Positions 47,801 through 57,690 of a DNA stretch of 64,000 bases are shown here, one piece after another. Numbering within the stretch: the first letter of the stretch is position 1; each line of letters opens with the position of its first letter. Both the position numbers and the translations under genes were made by a program. The notes beneath the pieces are model-generated. The model did not search any database and had not been told where the DNA came from. It saw only the letters and a list, made by a program, of their open reading frames with translations. Source of the DNA: Fimbriosthenelais zetlandica (Eukaryota); NCBI GenBank assembly GCA_977030845.1, contig OZ365109.1:22196001-22260000 (forward strand), read 5' to 3'.

Positions 47801-50325
47801 ATCAATTTTACTGTATGTGTTAGAGAAATGAAAATCTTATAAATCTTTTAAGTTTTAGAGGCAATCTGTCATCCCTCTCCCCTTCCCCGGAGCAATAAGT
47901 CATTCTTCCTACCGGTTCCTCTTCATTTTGGGACATCTGATCCAATTTCTTCATAATTTCAGTCACCTCAGCGCTTTGCTTTGGAGAGAGTGCTGTGGCC
48001 TTTGGTCTTGGAGTTTCTGGCTGAAAAATTGATCATTTTTTACAGAGTAAAAATTTTACAATACAGTGGCCTCCATGAATAAGGATAATCTATCTTTCGC
48101 AGTACTTACAGAAACATAAAGTAAAGAAACATTAGAGCTAATATCTACCTCATCAAATAGGTCAGTGTTGAGCGCAACTGCGGTCGCTCCAAGGCATGCA
48201 CTCCATATAGCCTCCCCTGAATAAAAAATCAAGTACCCTTTATTAAAATTTCTCAGTCCACTAAGATTTATATAGACAAGTCATTCCGGTGATAAAGCAA
48301 CATATTTACCTAAGTCATTTAAAGTATTGAAAACAGCATTCCATTCGTATTTTTAGCCTTTTAAGATTTGTCTCTCTGGAAGTAATCTAAGAAAACTGGC
48401 GTCCTCCAAAAAGAAATGTTTGCTTACAATTTCCTTATACTATTTACATTACGTTGTATCTTCATTAAGGTCATAACTTACGAGTAGCAGTCTCCCATGC
48501 CACATCGGCTAAGGATCCTCTGATATCTGAAATGGTCACACCTTTAGGGCGCAACCAGCTGTCGTCCTATATAACAGAAATATGATTAAAATGATTACCG
48601 TAAGCAGATGTACGTTAAAATCAGTTGGAATAACAAAATTACTATATCAAAATCTTTATGTCTTATTAAAGATTTACTTCAAAAGAATATTATTTCACTT
48701 TTCCGCCGGGGCAGGTCTGCATTGTATGTATTGGCAGATGCCTGGACAGGGGAAACATAAGGAAAATGCTCGTTATTACTGTAAAAACAGTGGCAGAAAT
48801 AGGATTACTGGTACTACTAATGCTAAAATTGGAGATTGGGAAATTTTGCCACTTATTGAAATAGCAAACATGGAAACGGCTATTAGTATTGACAACCAAA
48901 AGTAAAGTTAGAAAGATCAAAGGTTTTTTTGCTCATGTGACAGACGGCACTGCTTTTATGAGTAATTTCTTTGAACCTATTGTTTGCATAGTAGTTAAAA
49001 CATTGTTTTAGATTGATTGTATAATAACAATGTGACAATTATTTTGCAAATGATGAATCTTACATTGTCCATCAGTTTGTAGGGTGAAGATCCGTCAGGC
49101 AGTTTTAGATTAGGCGCCCTTTTATGTCTTGGAGACCGCGTGGTGACGGATGGAGATGAAGAGATTTTTACTGGGGGAGGAACTGGAACCTGGAAATTCT
49201 TTTTCGGCAGGGTATTGTTGGCCCGAATGTCAGAAGCATCCTGAAAAAAAGATGTTTTTGCGAATAAGGATATAGCCATAGTACCTTGATTTTTAAATTA
49301 ATTTCACACAGACTGTACTTTTTTTTCCTTCATTGTTTTACAACAGGAAATTATTTAAAGATATTGGTCAACGTGGAATTCAATTATTTTATTATGACCT
49401 TACTTTATTCACAGAAAGGAAATGGAAGGACATTTTTAGAATATTTTTACCTGAGGAAATGCAGAAGAAAGTGCCTCCGTGATGTGCAAATCAAACAACC
49501 TCTCTTTGTGAAGATCGACATGGTGCAAAACTCGTTCCAAATAATGGTTCAACTAGAAAATACAAATGAACATACATATATTTTGGGCCCTGGAAACTCG
49601 CTGAAATAGCATGTGCATGTCTTTCAGTTTGGAATCCAATTTCTTTAAAAGCATACCGTACCTCTTGTTTTCCGCACAGAATTTCTGCATGAGGGGTCAC
49701 TTGCTGAAGCACTTCCCTCAAGTAAGCCCATGAATGACGACTGTTGAAGAGAGGAAGGAATTGAACTTAAATTAAATAAGTACATCTAAATTGATTACTT
49801 TTGGTAAGGATTAAAGAAAATGGAAGATTAATAAATCATTTTCCTCGTTCCATAGGATAACTCACTTGTCCTTTTGCAGGGCATTTATGAAGACAGCAAC
49901 TAGTTCCTGTTTCAGAAGGGAAACGTCATTTTCATCCACAACAACTTTTTGGGCAATCGCTTTGTTGATTCTACAAAGAAAATATAGGCCCTATAATTAC
50001 AACAGATAATTTTTGTTTCAATTAACTTTTTCCACTTTTCTTTTTACATCACCTAGAACTAAATATTAATGTATATATATATCAATTACATAAATATGAT
50101 AATAGTATACTTTTACCTTTTACTTTATCTTTTACATAATCAGGACACAATAATTAGTTATTACCTGTCTCTGACATCTGCTGCCCAGGCCTCAGCCTGG
50201 TCTTTGAGGGGAGTGGATCTAGTTCTGGATGACTGCCCGGGTGATACCAAGCTCCGGTTCTCACTGATCACTGGAAGCTTGGGGGATGACCCCATGTCCA
50301 GTGGCAGTTCCGTTTTGGATGACAT
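92..50325 (-). CDS. DNHD1: Divergent dynein heavy chain (DNHD1-like), 91 coding exons in window, 3'-partial (continues left of position 92)
   Basis: Exons traced by AG/GT boundaries with consistent phase (15,326 nt, ~5,108 codons): 50165-50325, 49866-49970, 49662-49740, 49451-49552, 49064-49240, 48482-48566, 48149-48216, 47913-48020, 47487-47633, 46419-46831, 46044-46158, 45721-45940, 45224-45407, 41009-41217, 40183-40333, 39453-39627, 39027-39245, 38733-38855, 38380-38541, 35395-35496, 34990-35187, 34604-34774, 34060-34297, 33521-33666, 33098-33328, 32774-32905, 32227-32455, 31692-31865, 30956-31184, 30524-30672, 29524-29703, 28906-29159, 28619-28751, 28373-28485, 27445-27579, 27159-27291, 26046-26239, 25698-25835, 25414-25531, 25071-25321, 24580-24777, 23951-24148, 22606-22873, 21958-22123, 21248-21486, 20701-20887, 20183-20372, 19864-19962, 19303-19513, 19091-19222, 18476-18654, 18007-18220, 17522-17704, 17146-17252, 16698-16890, 16103-16414, 15713-15823, 15107-15270, 14848-14941, 14455-14600, 14136-14231, 13853-14024, 13684-13716 (optional), 12841-13008, 12368-12726, 11796-11966, 11121-11216, 10854-10999, 10590-10737, 10174-10296, 9777-9899, 8619-8824, 7981-8104, 7409-7666, 7049-7262, 6750-6921, 5952-6139, 5463-5648, 5093-5277, 4607-4741, 4043-4220, 3684-3928, 3426-3527, 3062-3160, 2675-2843, 2308-2522, 1857-2043, 1345-1478, 851-994, 516-662, 92-252. 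Dynein motifs occur in the correct order (linker FTRLYFLSN, AAA1-4, stalk/MTBD, AAA5, AAA6). Dynein family identity is near certain. The DNHD1 assignment rests on motif degeneracy, the missing long DHC_N1 tail, and the acidic insert before AAA4. Confidence 0.85.
2092..2174. mobile_element. 83-bp hairpin mini-MITE with TA|CAGT...ACTG|TA ends
   Basis: Arms of 38 bp (including TA) with 3 mismatches around an 11-nt loop. Confidence 0.85.
4262..4345. mobile_element. pogo/Tigger-like end fragment (TGCGGCTTATA repeats ending ggcaaatagggta)
   Basis: Resembles the TACCGTATTTTCC...ATAAGCCGCA terminus family. One end only. Confidence 0.5.
4607..7262 (-). other. AAA5 module
   Basis: WKLRGFPSDIYSIHNSLI; WPLLVDPDNQAELWIR; GVTLLITHLE; VMAVERPEFE; GALLEEPGLLEAL. 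Confidence 0.85.
5700..5940 (+). repeat. GA-rich low-complexity / (GA)n tract
   Basis: Purine-rich run with gagagagagaga. The overlapping ORFs are low-complexity artefacts. Confidence 0.85.
8221..8500 (+). repeat. Intronic tandem duplication (8221-8330 and 8357-8500)
   Basis: cgcctagtcag...atgagcaa...atagaaatatgaaagRaaaaca...gaagctttc occurs twice. Confidence 0.75.
8619..11966 (-). other. Stalk coiled coils and microtubule-binding domain
   Basis: ETFEAGLSKL...; DLVEIKSFHAPPEAVKTVLECICLLF; SWEQARELI; YDKDHIPE; NKAAAGLCRWIHALYKY; GDALLAAACVCYHGPL. Confidence 0.9.
12368..14600 (-). other. AAA4 module with degenerate P-loop
   Basis: LELVFFEDAVRHITRLVRVL; GHALLIGMTYFTGRATLVRLAA; RVRQNLHVIVCM; YPVLLRQCCSVDVYHPW; ISPLTFKEFV. 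Confidence 0.85.
13315..13435 (+). repeat. Dispersed short repeat family; copies at ~10370-10480, 13315-13435, 15965-16025 and 33860-33985
   Basis: Shared ccaagctttgtttgggtgca...agaacNcaaagcttgggtgcag...gggtcaagttgtgcaa...gatggacta. Confidence 0.75.
17822..17872 (+). repeat. (TGAA)n(TCAA)n microsatellite
   Basis: Directly visible. Confidence 0.9.
18007..20372 (-). other. AAA3 module
   Basis: VMITGAPGVGKTS (Walker A); LFFMDDLNTAP; GSQPILELMRQ; SRLTRLF; PHYVFTLHDL. Confidence 0.9.
18688..18990 (+). repeat. Intronic minisatellite, ~44-bp unit, ~7 copies
   Basis: gaaatcgaccattacaatatgtgtgtcactgtcagtagtatat repeated. Confidence 0.9.
22265..22378. repeat. ~100-bp MITE-like repeat with TAGTGGATAGAGCC-type inverted ends; second copy at ~40889-40988
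   Basis: Both copies contain ggatagagcc...ttactggcataacca...agggctNtat. Confidence 0.6.
23075..23099 (+). repeat. Poly(G)25 tract
   Basis: Directly visible intronic homopolymer. Confidence 0.95.
25414..29159 (-). other. AAA1 module: Walker A present, Walker B degenerate
   Basis: YDCEYLGPTPRLAFTPLTERAY; Walker A GPPSTGKSETIRDL; Walker B region GCWMLLDHCDRM; FMTINSANAG...IPENLR; LLMRPCAMVKPD; QYEFGLKCV. Confidence 0.9.
29729..30420 (+). repeat. Degenerate purine-rich minisatellite, ~45-50-bp unit
   Basis: Recurring aaagtagtatagcaaat(t)ggggcagaaacgaggcaaaca. Confidence 0.8.
30956..35496 (-). other. Dynein linker (DHC_N2-type) region of the DNHD1-like protein
   Basis: Translated exons give TRHWKVIF, LQRTWQEKEF, WQEAQTKWLYLLKIF, ARKQFTRLYFLSNSEMAELLS and WLLRFPSQCVL, matching the dynein linker pattern (RHW, W...QxxWxYL, FPRFYFLS, FPxQ). 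Confidence 0.85.
31285..31450 (+). repeat. Degenerate short tandem repeat (aagaccctcgcca)
   Basis: Motif recurs about 6 times. Confidence 0.6.
41656..43791. mobile_element. Inner inverted-repeat element (arms ~41656-41821 and ~43573-43791) enclosing a minisatellite
   Basis: Diverged arms share ttttgttttaaccccccaaattt, aatcatgRttttacccYYgtttt and gtgRccccaRcttgat. Confidence 0.65.
41935..43562 (+). repeat. ~1.6-kb minisatellite with a 21-nt monomer (consensus ~TATGGCCCTTCCTGCCCAAGA / ...CCAGCTCAAGA) and higher-order ~250-350 bp periodicity
   Basis: Repeated caagatatggcccttcc. Landmark variant ccaaagatactgcc/atagtgcc recurs at ~42078, 42330, 42593 and 42938. Confidence 0.92.
44163..44894. mobile_element. 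732-bp TTAA-flanked MITE (piggyBac-type TSD)
   Basis: TTAA at 44159-62 and 44895-98; 12-bp TIR CTCAATCAACCC; subterminal direct repeats (ccctgaggaatttc x2, aacccggtttaactcgggtctcggg x2). Confidence 0.8.
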
Positions 50326-51097
50326 CTCTCAGAGTCAGACCATGTGCTTTACAAATTGAATTTTTTTCTTCTAATTTTTCTAGGTCTACTAGAACTTCAT
50401 CCTTTATCTATATAAAATAAATTAGGTGACTGAAAGTTAAAAATTACAAAAACCTCATTCATATTCATCATTACCGGTAGGCCTACTTCATCATAGTTAT
50501 ACAGTCTGGTAGTAGTGGTTAGACTCAGTTCGTGCCTGACTGACTGATAAAGTGTGATCCTATGATAATTGATAGACAAAAATGGTGATTCAGAAGTACT
50601 GTACCATAATTTAATGGGAAATCATGACATTGTGTGTAATTACAGTTTAAAATGAAAATGTCTATGACTATGAATAGGTCTATCTCAATACTGACAATAT
50701 TGTCAATAGTCAATAGTCTGAATAGTGATCTGGACTGAATACCGGGTAACAACTAACATGATAATTTATCAGGTCCTTTAGACCTACTGCTTTAGCTGAC
50801 TTTATACATGATAGTTTAGGTTTTAGGTTTAAGTATAAAATGATTATTAACAATGATTACTGCATATTAAAACTCATCCTGCACTCACAGGCGAATGATG
50901 CAAAAACTGGGAGGCAGCTGACAATCAGTGCTTGTGACTCGAGTGAGTTGCACGGGTCAAAGACAAAGTCATCAACTCCGCCTCACAAAAATTTAGGGGG
51001 CACCTGCACTGAAATTGACTAACTTTCTGAGCAAAATATAACACACACATACATTTCTCCCTACGTATTGAATATTCTGGGTACTTTAGGTACTTAC

Positions 51098-51165
51098 AGC
51101 GATTTTTCTCTCCAATATCCAACTTTTAGTGAGTTACTTAAGTCCTCCTAATCCAAAACATCGTG
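51098..51165 (-). other. Probable non-coding first exon (5'UTR) of the DNHD1-like gene; the next exon starts at acceptor 50346
   Basis: Perfect donor GCT|GTAAGT at 51097-51092 and an acceptor at 50347-50348 just upstream of the start ATG at 50325. The TSS position is a guess. Confidence 0.45.
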
Positions 51166-51168
51166 TTG

Positions 51169-51189
51169 GTTGCCAGGACGCCATGACAC
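51169..51189. promoter_or_regulatory. RFX X-box-like motifs (GTTGCCAGGACG overlapping GACGCCATGACAC)
   Basis: Strong GTTGCC half-site next to the putative DNHD1 first exon. X-boxes are typical of ciliary gene promoters. Confidence 0.45.
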
Positions 51190-52616
51190 ATTTCCTCGGA
51201 GTAAATTTAAAACTAGGTCAAATATAAATATTGCCATAGTCCTTAATATAAATGTTTCAATCAACAACTATTTACATTAGAGTTGAATATATTACCTATT
51301 AGTAGTACAAGGTATGTAGAAATATATTAAGACGAGACGTTATTTTCATCCAATCACAAGCCAGTATTTTCTAGCTGCTGAACAGTAAGCGCCATCCGTT
51401 CAAAACAAACAGGACTCAACACGAGTGCTGAGAAATGTGATTTAACTCAATTTTTGGAGGTATCTCATCATTTGAACGCAATCACGGTAGGTATTAGTGT
51501 TCTTTATATTGTATTCTAACTTTCTCATGTTTGTATTTGGGTAGAATCGTTTGCATATCCTTGTTTGCTGTGCATTTATTGGGCCGGTTTCTGATAACTG
51601 GCTGAATATCAATACACATCATGTCTGAACACGCCTTCCCAGGGGGTGGTAGTTCACAGATGATTATGAATATGAGTATCAAAAGTACATAAGATGAGAG
51701 CAGGCGTTCTGTGAAATTTACAATTCAGTAATAGCAAATTATGTAACGATAATCATCTTGCTATTTTCATTCAGCCTCCGTATCAAAGAGTAAAGTAAGC
51801 CACTGTGAGTGTGACTGTAGCCAGGCCCCAGGCCAGGGGTTTCCATGCAAAATTGAACAATATAAACCAAAAAGTTAAATCTAACCTAATTATTGCATGA
51901 TGGTTGGCAGTTAAACCCTCACCCCCACAGTTACTTGTATTAGAGCTGTCCAAGACATTTCCCCTATTTCATATTGAAACAATATCTGTGAAAAATTAAT
52001 TAAATCTAATCCTTTCCCTTCCCCTTGTTCCCTGTCCTATTATTAGATCTTCACTTGGTTTGTGTAATGTTCAATCAATGTCTCTGATTTTCTCACCCTT
52101 CTCATCCCTATAAACAAAATATTAATATTAATTGCAATCGAAGAGGACGATAGTGTTTTCCAGGGGCAGAGTGTTAAATGTTAATTGTAGTTTTACATGC
52201 ATGTTATACTTACGAGAAAGCACCTATAGTAACTTTATATACCGGTATTTCTATAATTTATACTAATTATTAGTGAATAATGGTTGGAGCTGTTTCATGG
52301 AATTTTGTGTGAAACTTTCCCTCCATATAATATTTATCAGATGTAGCGCACTGTTGTCGCCTCGGGACAGACATGTGTGACAACTAATTTCACACAGTCT
52401 GGATTTCACCCTTTCTCGCTAAGTGGGGTTGCGCAATAACTATAAACATGTTCACACCTGATAGATGATAGAAGTGTCACAGATGGGGCGAAGAAGCTTG
52501 GCTAGCCTACTATATATATGAATCCTGTGGACCAATGGTTGTCAGTTCACTCTGCTTAAGGATATCTAACATAGCACATCTCCCATCGTTCAGAGACGTT
52601 CTTAAACACATACAAA

Positions 52617-54394
52617 ATGACCATAACTGAGGATTATTTAATCGAGGATGAATCTGAATCATCTTTCTGCTCAGGAGTTCAAGATACTAAAAGAGCTGTG
52701 CATTTTAATATTGTTAATTCTCCGGGATTTGAAAGACTTGGAGGTTCGTATTTTAATTATTTTGTTTGTTAACGAAGTGCACCAAAACCTCTGTACAATA
52801 TTATAATACAGACTACTTGGGAGGCCCAGAATAATCGTTCCATATTATATATTAGGACTGAAAAAAATATAGGACTGAAGTGTGCAATATGCTGAAGACA
52901 CTTTCTTTTAAAATTGCTTAACGAATTATTGATATTAATGATTTAATATTTTCCAGGTTTATCCACGATGAGTGCCCGCCCTCGCCCAGTCACAGCCACC
53001 GTCAACCCTCCCCTGACCAGCACCCCTCTCCACGGTCCCCGTACATTCCTCTCATCTGACGGTTCAACTGAATCTCTCATCTCTATCCTTGACCATGAGA
53101 GCTATGAGAGTCCACTACCCAGTGAAGACGAGGAGCCTGATCATGAATCCAAACCAGAACCTCCCCAAGAGAAAGAAAAGTAAGCAGAGTTAGTGTATTT
53201 TATAACTGAAATAATTTTTAATATATGTTCATAGGCCTTTTAAATCGTTAACATCAGATTACAAAATTCATTTATTTTCCAGTGAATTGATTCGGATTCC
53301 AATTTCCCTGAATCATGCATTGATTCTATACAATTAATACTATTAAATTAATTAAAATCAGTTTGTCCTATGTTAGGGCAATTTATGCAACATGTCACCT
53401 TTCTAAATGATCTTACTTATTTTCAAAATCTATGAACTTCTTTTATCATCCTCTTGTAATGGAGACTTTATTATATTTTCTGTTCTGTATTGCAGGCCGC
53501 GCATTGAGAGACCCAAGAAACGTACAGAGACTGCACCCCGATCACAGTCAGCTGGTCCCAGGAAAACCTGCACACTAGCTGAACGAGAACAAAACCAGCT
53601 GACGGACTGGGAAGAATGGCTGGTCCGCAAAGCCAAAGAGATGCGCCTCCAAGAAGAGAGGAGGAGGCGAGAATTGGAGAAGGAAAAAGAGAGAAAAAGA
53701 CAGCTGGAAGAAGATAAGGCAGAGACGGATAGAAAAAGAGCAGAACGAGCCAGGCAGTACGCGGAAAAGAAAGACTTCAAAGAAAAACTGAGAAGGAACA
53801 AAGAGAAGCAAAGACAAATGGCTAAACAAGAATTGGAAGCAGCTGCCAAACACGAGTTACTAGAGAAAGCAAAGGTGAAACGGGAAGAGTGGGCCAAGCA
53901 AAAAGCCGAGGAGGAGAGGAAAAGGAAACAGAAAGAGAAGGAAGAGAAAGAAAAGAAAGAAAGGCTGGAAGCAGAACAGAAAGCAAAGAGTGAAGAGAAA
54001 GTGAGGAACTGGTTCAATGAGGTAAAGAAACGGCCGATGAGTGCGCCCAGGAGTTATGCTTATTCTCAAGGAAAACTCACAGGTAAATATCTTAATTAAC
54101 TTAACATTTTCTGTAATTAAATTCTAACTAGACATATCAAAGATTTTTCACTAGATCTCGTTTGAAAAGCATAAAAGCTTGAACTACATTTTATACACAA
54201 TTGTTTCAATAATTGAATTCTAAGCATTCATTTCTTGCATTTCAGGGTATTATGATAGGAGTGCCTACCCAGAACCCGCCTTTTACAACCCAATTCCATG
54301 GCAACCCATCCACGTCCCCAACACAGTGACGGAAAAAAAGAAAGTCTCTAAAAAGACAAGCAAACAAAAATTCAATCCTCATAAATATTTATGA
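52617..54394 (+). CDS. CCDC34: Coiled-coil domain-containing protein 34, copy 1; exons 52617-52743, 52957-53179, 53496-54082, 54246-54394; 361 aa
   Basis: Canonical GT-AG introns with consistent phase. E/K/R-rich coiled coil with WEEWLVRK. C-terminus RSYAYSQGKLTGYYDRSAYPEPAFYNPIPWQPIHVP matches the CCDC34 signature (YANGKLTGFY...YPEPAFYNPIPWKPI as recalled). AATAAA at 54760-54765. Confidence 0.9.
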
Positions 54395-55385
54395 ACCAAG
54401 GAGACTAATAGATGACACTACTTTTCAGTCATTATGATACTCATGGAATAGATTCTTATTTGTAAATATTCTATTCATTGAAGGACAATCTTGTAGGAGT
54501 ATATGGATATTAATTTATTTGATCGGCAATTCAATTTTCATGATATTATTATAGTAAAGTCCATTGAATAGACTCCTGTATTATTTTCTATTCGCGTAAC
54601 GTTGTATATGGATTTCTTTCTTCTGACCGGCTTCTTTCCTCAAAAATCTCAAATACGTCAACCTCAGAAATGTATGTTGGAAAGGAAATGTTTTCATTTC
54701 CATTTGACTGTAATATATATTTGTTATTGTATTGTGTAAGCCTTTGTGATAAAATTGTAAATAAATATATATATTTATGGAATATAATCTTGTTTTAATT
54801 ACCTGTCTTCGTAACATGTTCTCCCAAGAATATTTAGTTAAAGTAGATCATAGACATAACTCTCTATGTCTATAAGTAGATATATAAATTTAAATCCAAT
54901 CTCCTTGGCCGCAGCAAATTAAATATATATATTGAACATGAGAATACGTGTTTCATTTTACTTTAATATTTTTAAAATAATGATCATGAATTAATTTTTA
55001 GGTCTATAGTAAATCGCAAAAGGGCAAAATCCACAATCTATTAAAATACCTTCTTTATTTAAACATGAACGTTTTTCGCAAATGTAGTCAAATCATACCC
55101 CCAACCAAGTGAAAAGGTGCTACATGTATAATCCATTAAAGAGGCATGGGGTTTTCTTTTGCCATTTCACTGAAAATAAAGAAAACACGCCTAAAGAAGC
55201 TGATAATGAATGTCGAAACCCAAACTTAATGAAAGAAAAGCAACATAGGGCCTAAATAGTAAATAAAAGAATTATTTGTGAGTCCGAATATTAAAAAAAA
55301 ATAGGCCTAATTACCGGTATCAACATCTGGGAGTATGGCTCGAGTGCGGAGAAGTGTGAAACTAATGAAAACGGCGTGAGTTGTG

Positions 55386-56234
55386 CCCGGGGGGGGGGGG
55401 GGACTCGCTCTATGAGGGTCAGTAGGGGTGTGCCGCCCTTTAGGGTAGCCTTTTTAGCCTTTTGGTATAGCCTTGACCCCTTATCAAAAGCCATCCGAGC
55501 TTTTCGACTTTTTCAGTAGTTGGCCATTTTCAAATGATGAAGTAAATTCATGCGTTTTGAGATCCCAAAATTCAGGCAACATTTCAAAGTGGAGGATTAA
55601 CATCCATTGACCAGACCCTCAGTGACCAGTCAGTCAGTCGGTCGCGTGGGGCGTCTGGTTGGCGGGGATAGGACATTGTTGACGGAGCTTTGATGTGTGA
55701 AGTTATGTGGGAAGGGAAAGCTTTGTTTTAGCGTCTTTGGGGTGAGGGAGGTTAAAACTGACCCATGATCACTTGTATCACAGGTGTTTGTAGAAGGGTT
55801 GACTTCTTTGGAGTATGAGGTGGGTGGGTGAAGGGGAGGGTGAAGTGACGTGTGGGTTCAATAGGGAAGAAAATGAAATGAGGATAACAGAAAAAGATAA
55901 CGTTAAATTACATTAGATTTAATTGTGAAAGATGGGATTTTGTTCGTTGTAACCGAAATTTCGTTTTAAGCGTGTTCGTTATACGCGGACTCCACTGTAT
56001 TTATATTTTTATTTTCATAAGCATTGTACTGTAATAAAGCAGATTCCCTGTTAAAAGATTTAAGTGTTAAGTTTTAATTCTTGGTATAGGTATGGGATGC
56101 AAAAAGGTATGTTTGGTATAGAGTTGGGGTGGTTTTTGGCCCATCAAGGTGGTATAAACCTCGGTCTATATTCTGGGTCAGGGCGGCACACCCCCGTGCA
56201 TTTACTGGGCGAGTCCCCCCCCCCCCCCCCCGGG
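55386..56234. mobile_element. 849-bp non-autonomous DNA transposon, CCCGGG-poly(G) termini, 8-bp TSD
   Basis: TIRs CCCGG(G)nACTCGC...GGGGTGTGCCGCCC; TSD GAGTTGTG at 55378-55385 and 56235-56242. Confidence 0.88.
55941..55999 (-). mobile_element. Tigger/pogo-like terminal fragment nested in the 849-bp element
   Basis: Reverse complement TA-CAGTGGAGTCCGCGTATAACGAACACGCTTAAAACGAAATTTCGGTTACAACGAAC resembles a pogo-type end. The other end was not found. Confidence 0.6.
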
Positions 56235-57114
56235 GAGTTGTGGCCTGCTACCCTTTGCAATGGACATATGACGGCCAAAAAATGAAAAAAAAATCCAACA
56301 TGGTCCCTACATAAAAAGATATAGGCCTACACGCGTACACACATTTTTACTGTCATCCGGATATGAATAATTTGGTCATTACACATTTTGAGTCTGATCA
56401 AATGATGAAATCTAGAATGTTAAATTCATCACCATCAATTAAATATGCATTTACTTGATTTTAATCATTCAGGGCTACGTGTGATAAATATGGACACACA
56501 ATTTCATGAGAATCTCCATTAGGCCACGTAAAAAAAAATTACATGCTTAGGTTCCAAATGTTTAAGTTTGGGAGGTTTTTTTCTCCGAAATTTTAGAAAT
56601 GGAGTGAGGCCATGGCACGTATGGGCATAAAAGACCATATAATTTCTCAAGATCGAAATTGGAGAAGAGAAAATAAATGAGTAATAAATAAGTCATTGTT
56701 CAACTTCTTGAAATTTTGTTTAACACGTGGGGCTACTTTAACAACTCGAACTCTCAAATTCGCTTGAAAAAACACATTTTGATTCCTTATAAACGTATTC
56801 CAGTATTGAGATTATGTTACAAATAATAGTTTCAAGAAATAATGCTTGTTCAAGTCGCGATGTCAGTGGTCGATAATTGAAGGATTATTTTATTCTGTGG
56901 GTGGAGCCGTGATCACACCCGGTTCAAATACCGTTCATTTATCTCCCCCGTGGGGTAAAATGGGTAAATTTCGTTTCAAGCCTACGCCATGTCTTTCGTG
57001 TTTGCTGAGAATAAGTTAAAACCACTATACAAGTGGGTCTATCATTGCTATTGTTAACCTGTCCTGGGACCTCCCGAGGCCATACCACCGGGAGCCCAGG
57101 CCAGGCAGCCCTGA

Positions 57115-57690
57115 TAAAATGTATATCAACCTGCAAACATGGCGTCTGAATATTTGATAAAATGGGCGAAAACCCTTTTTCCATAGAGTTAGCACTGAGC
57201 GATAGTTCACACTTATGCCGCGGGTGGCGTCGTGGTACGGTGCGCTATCAGCTCACTCAGGAGCCATTTATGACATTAATTATAGTTCAATTAGGTCAAA
57301 ATCCAAGATGACAATAGATTAAAAGTGTATCTACTTTTTGACATAGAGTTGGAAGTATACAAATGGCTAAATGTTTCATAAATGATGCCTAAAATTTGTT
57401 CTCGTTGGATTAGCACTGACGAAAAGGAGTATAATACAAAGAGGGTTGTCTAAGAGAAAATACACTTCAATGGAGTCAAAATACGAAATATGAATAGATA
57501 AAATGTATATCAACCTGCATACATGGCGTCTGAGGCTAGGCAACTGGTGAATATTTGATAAAAGGGGCGGAAACCCTTTTTCCATCGAGTTAGCACTGAG
57601 CGATAGTTCACACTTATGCCGCGGGTGGCGTCGTGGCAAAGATACTAATATAATCTTTGGTCGTGGTACGGGGCGCAATCAGCTCACTCA
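57115..57690 (+). repeat. Internal direct repeat in the foldback element (57115-57260 and 57499-57690)
   Basis: Both copies contain taaaatgtatatcaacctgc...gagttagcactgagcgatagttcacacttatgccgcgggtggcgtcgtgg...atcagctcactcag. Confidence 0.9.

Noticed and set aside
92-50325. Assignment to a canonical axonemal dynein (DNAH6/DNAH14) or cytoplasmic dynein
   Set aside because: The degenerate AAA1 Walker B and AAA4 P-loop plus large inserts fit DNHD1 better; a phylogeny is needed for final proof.
53430-54069. Long minus-strand F/S/L-rich ORFs (also 60787-61281)
   Set aside because: Antisense shadows of the E/K/R-rich CCDC34 exon 3.
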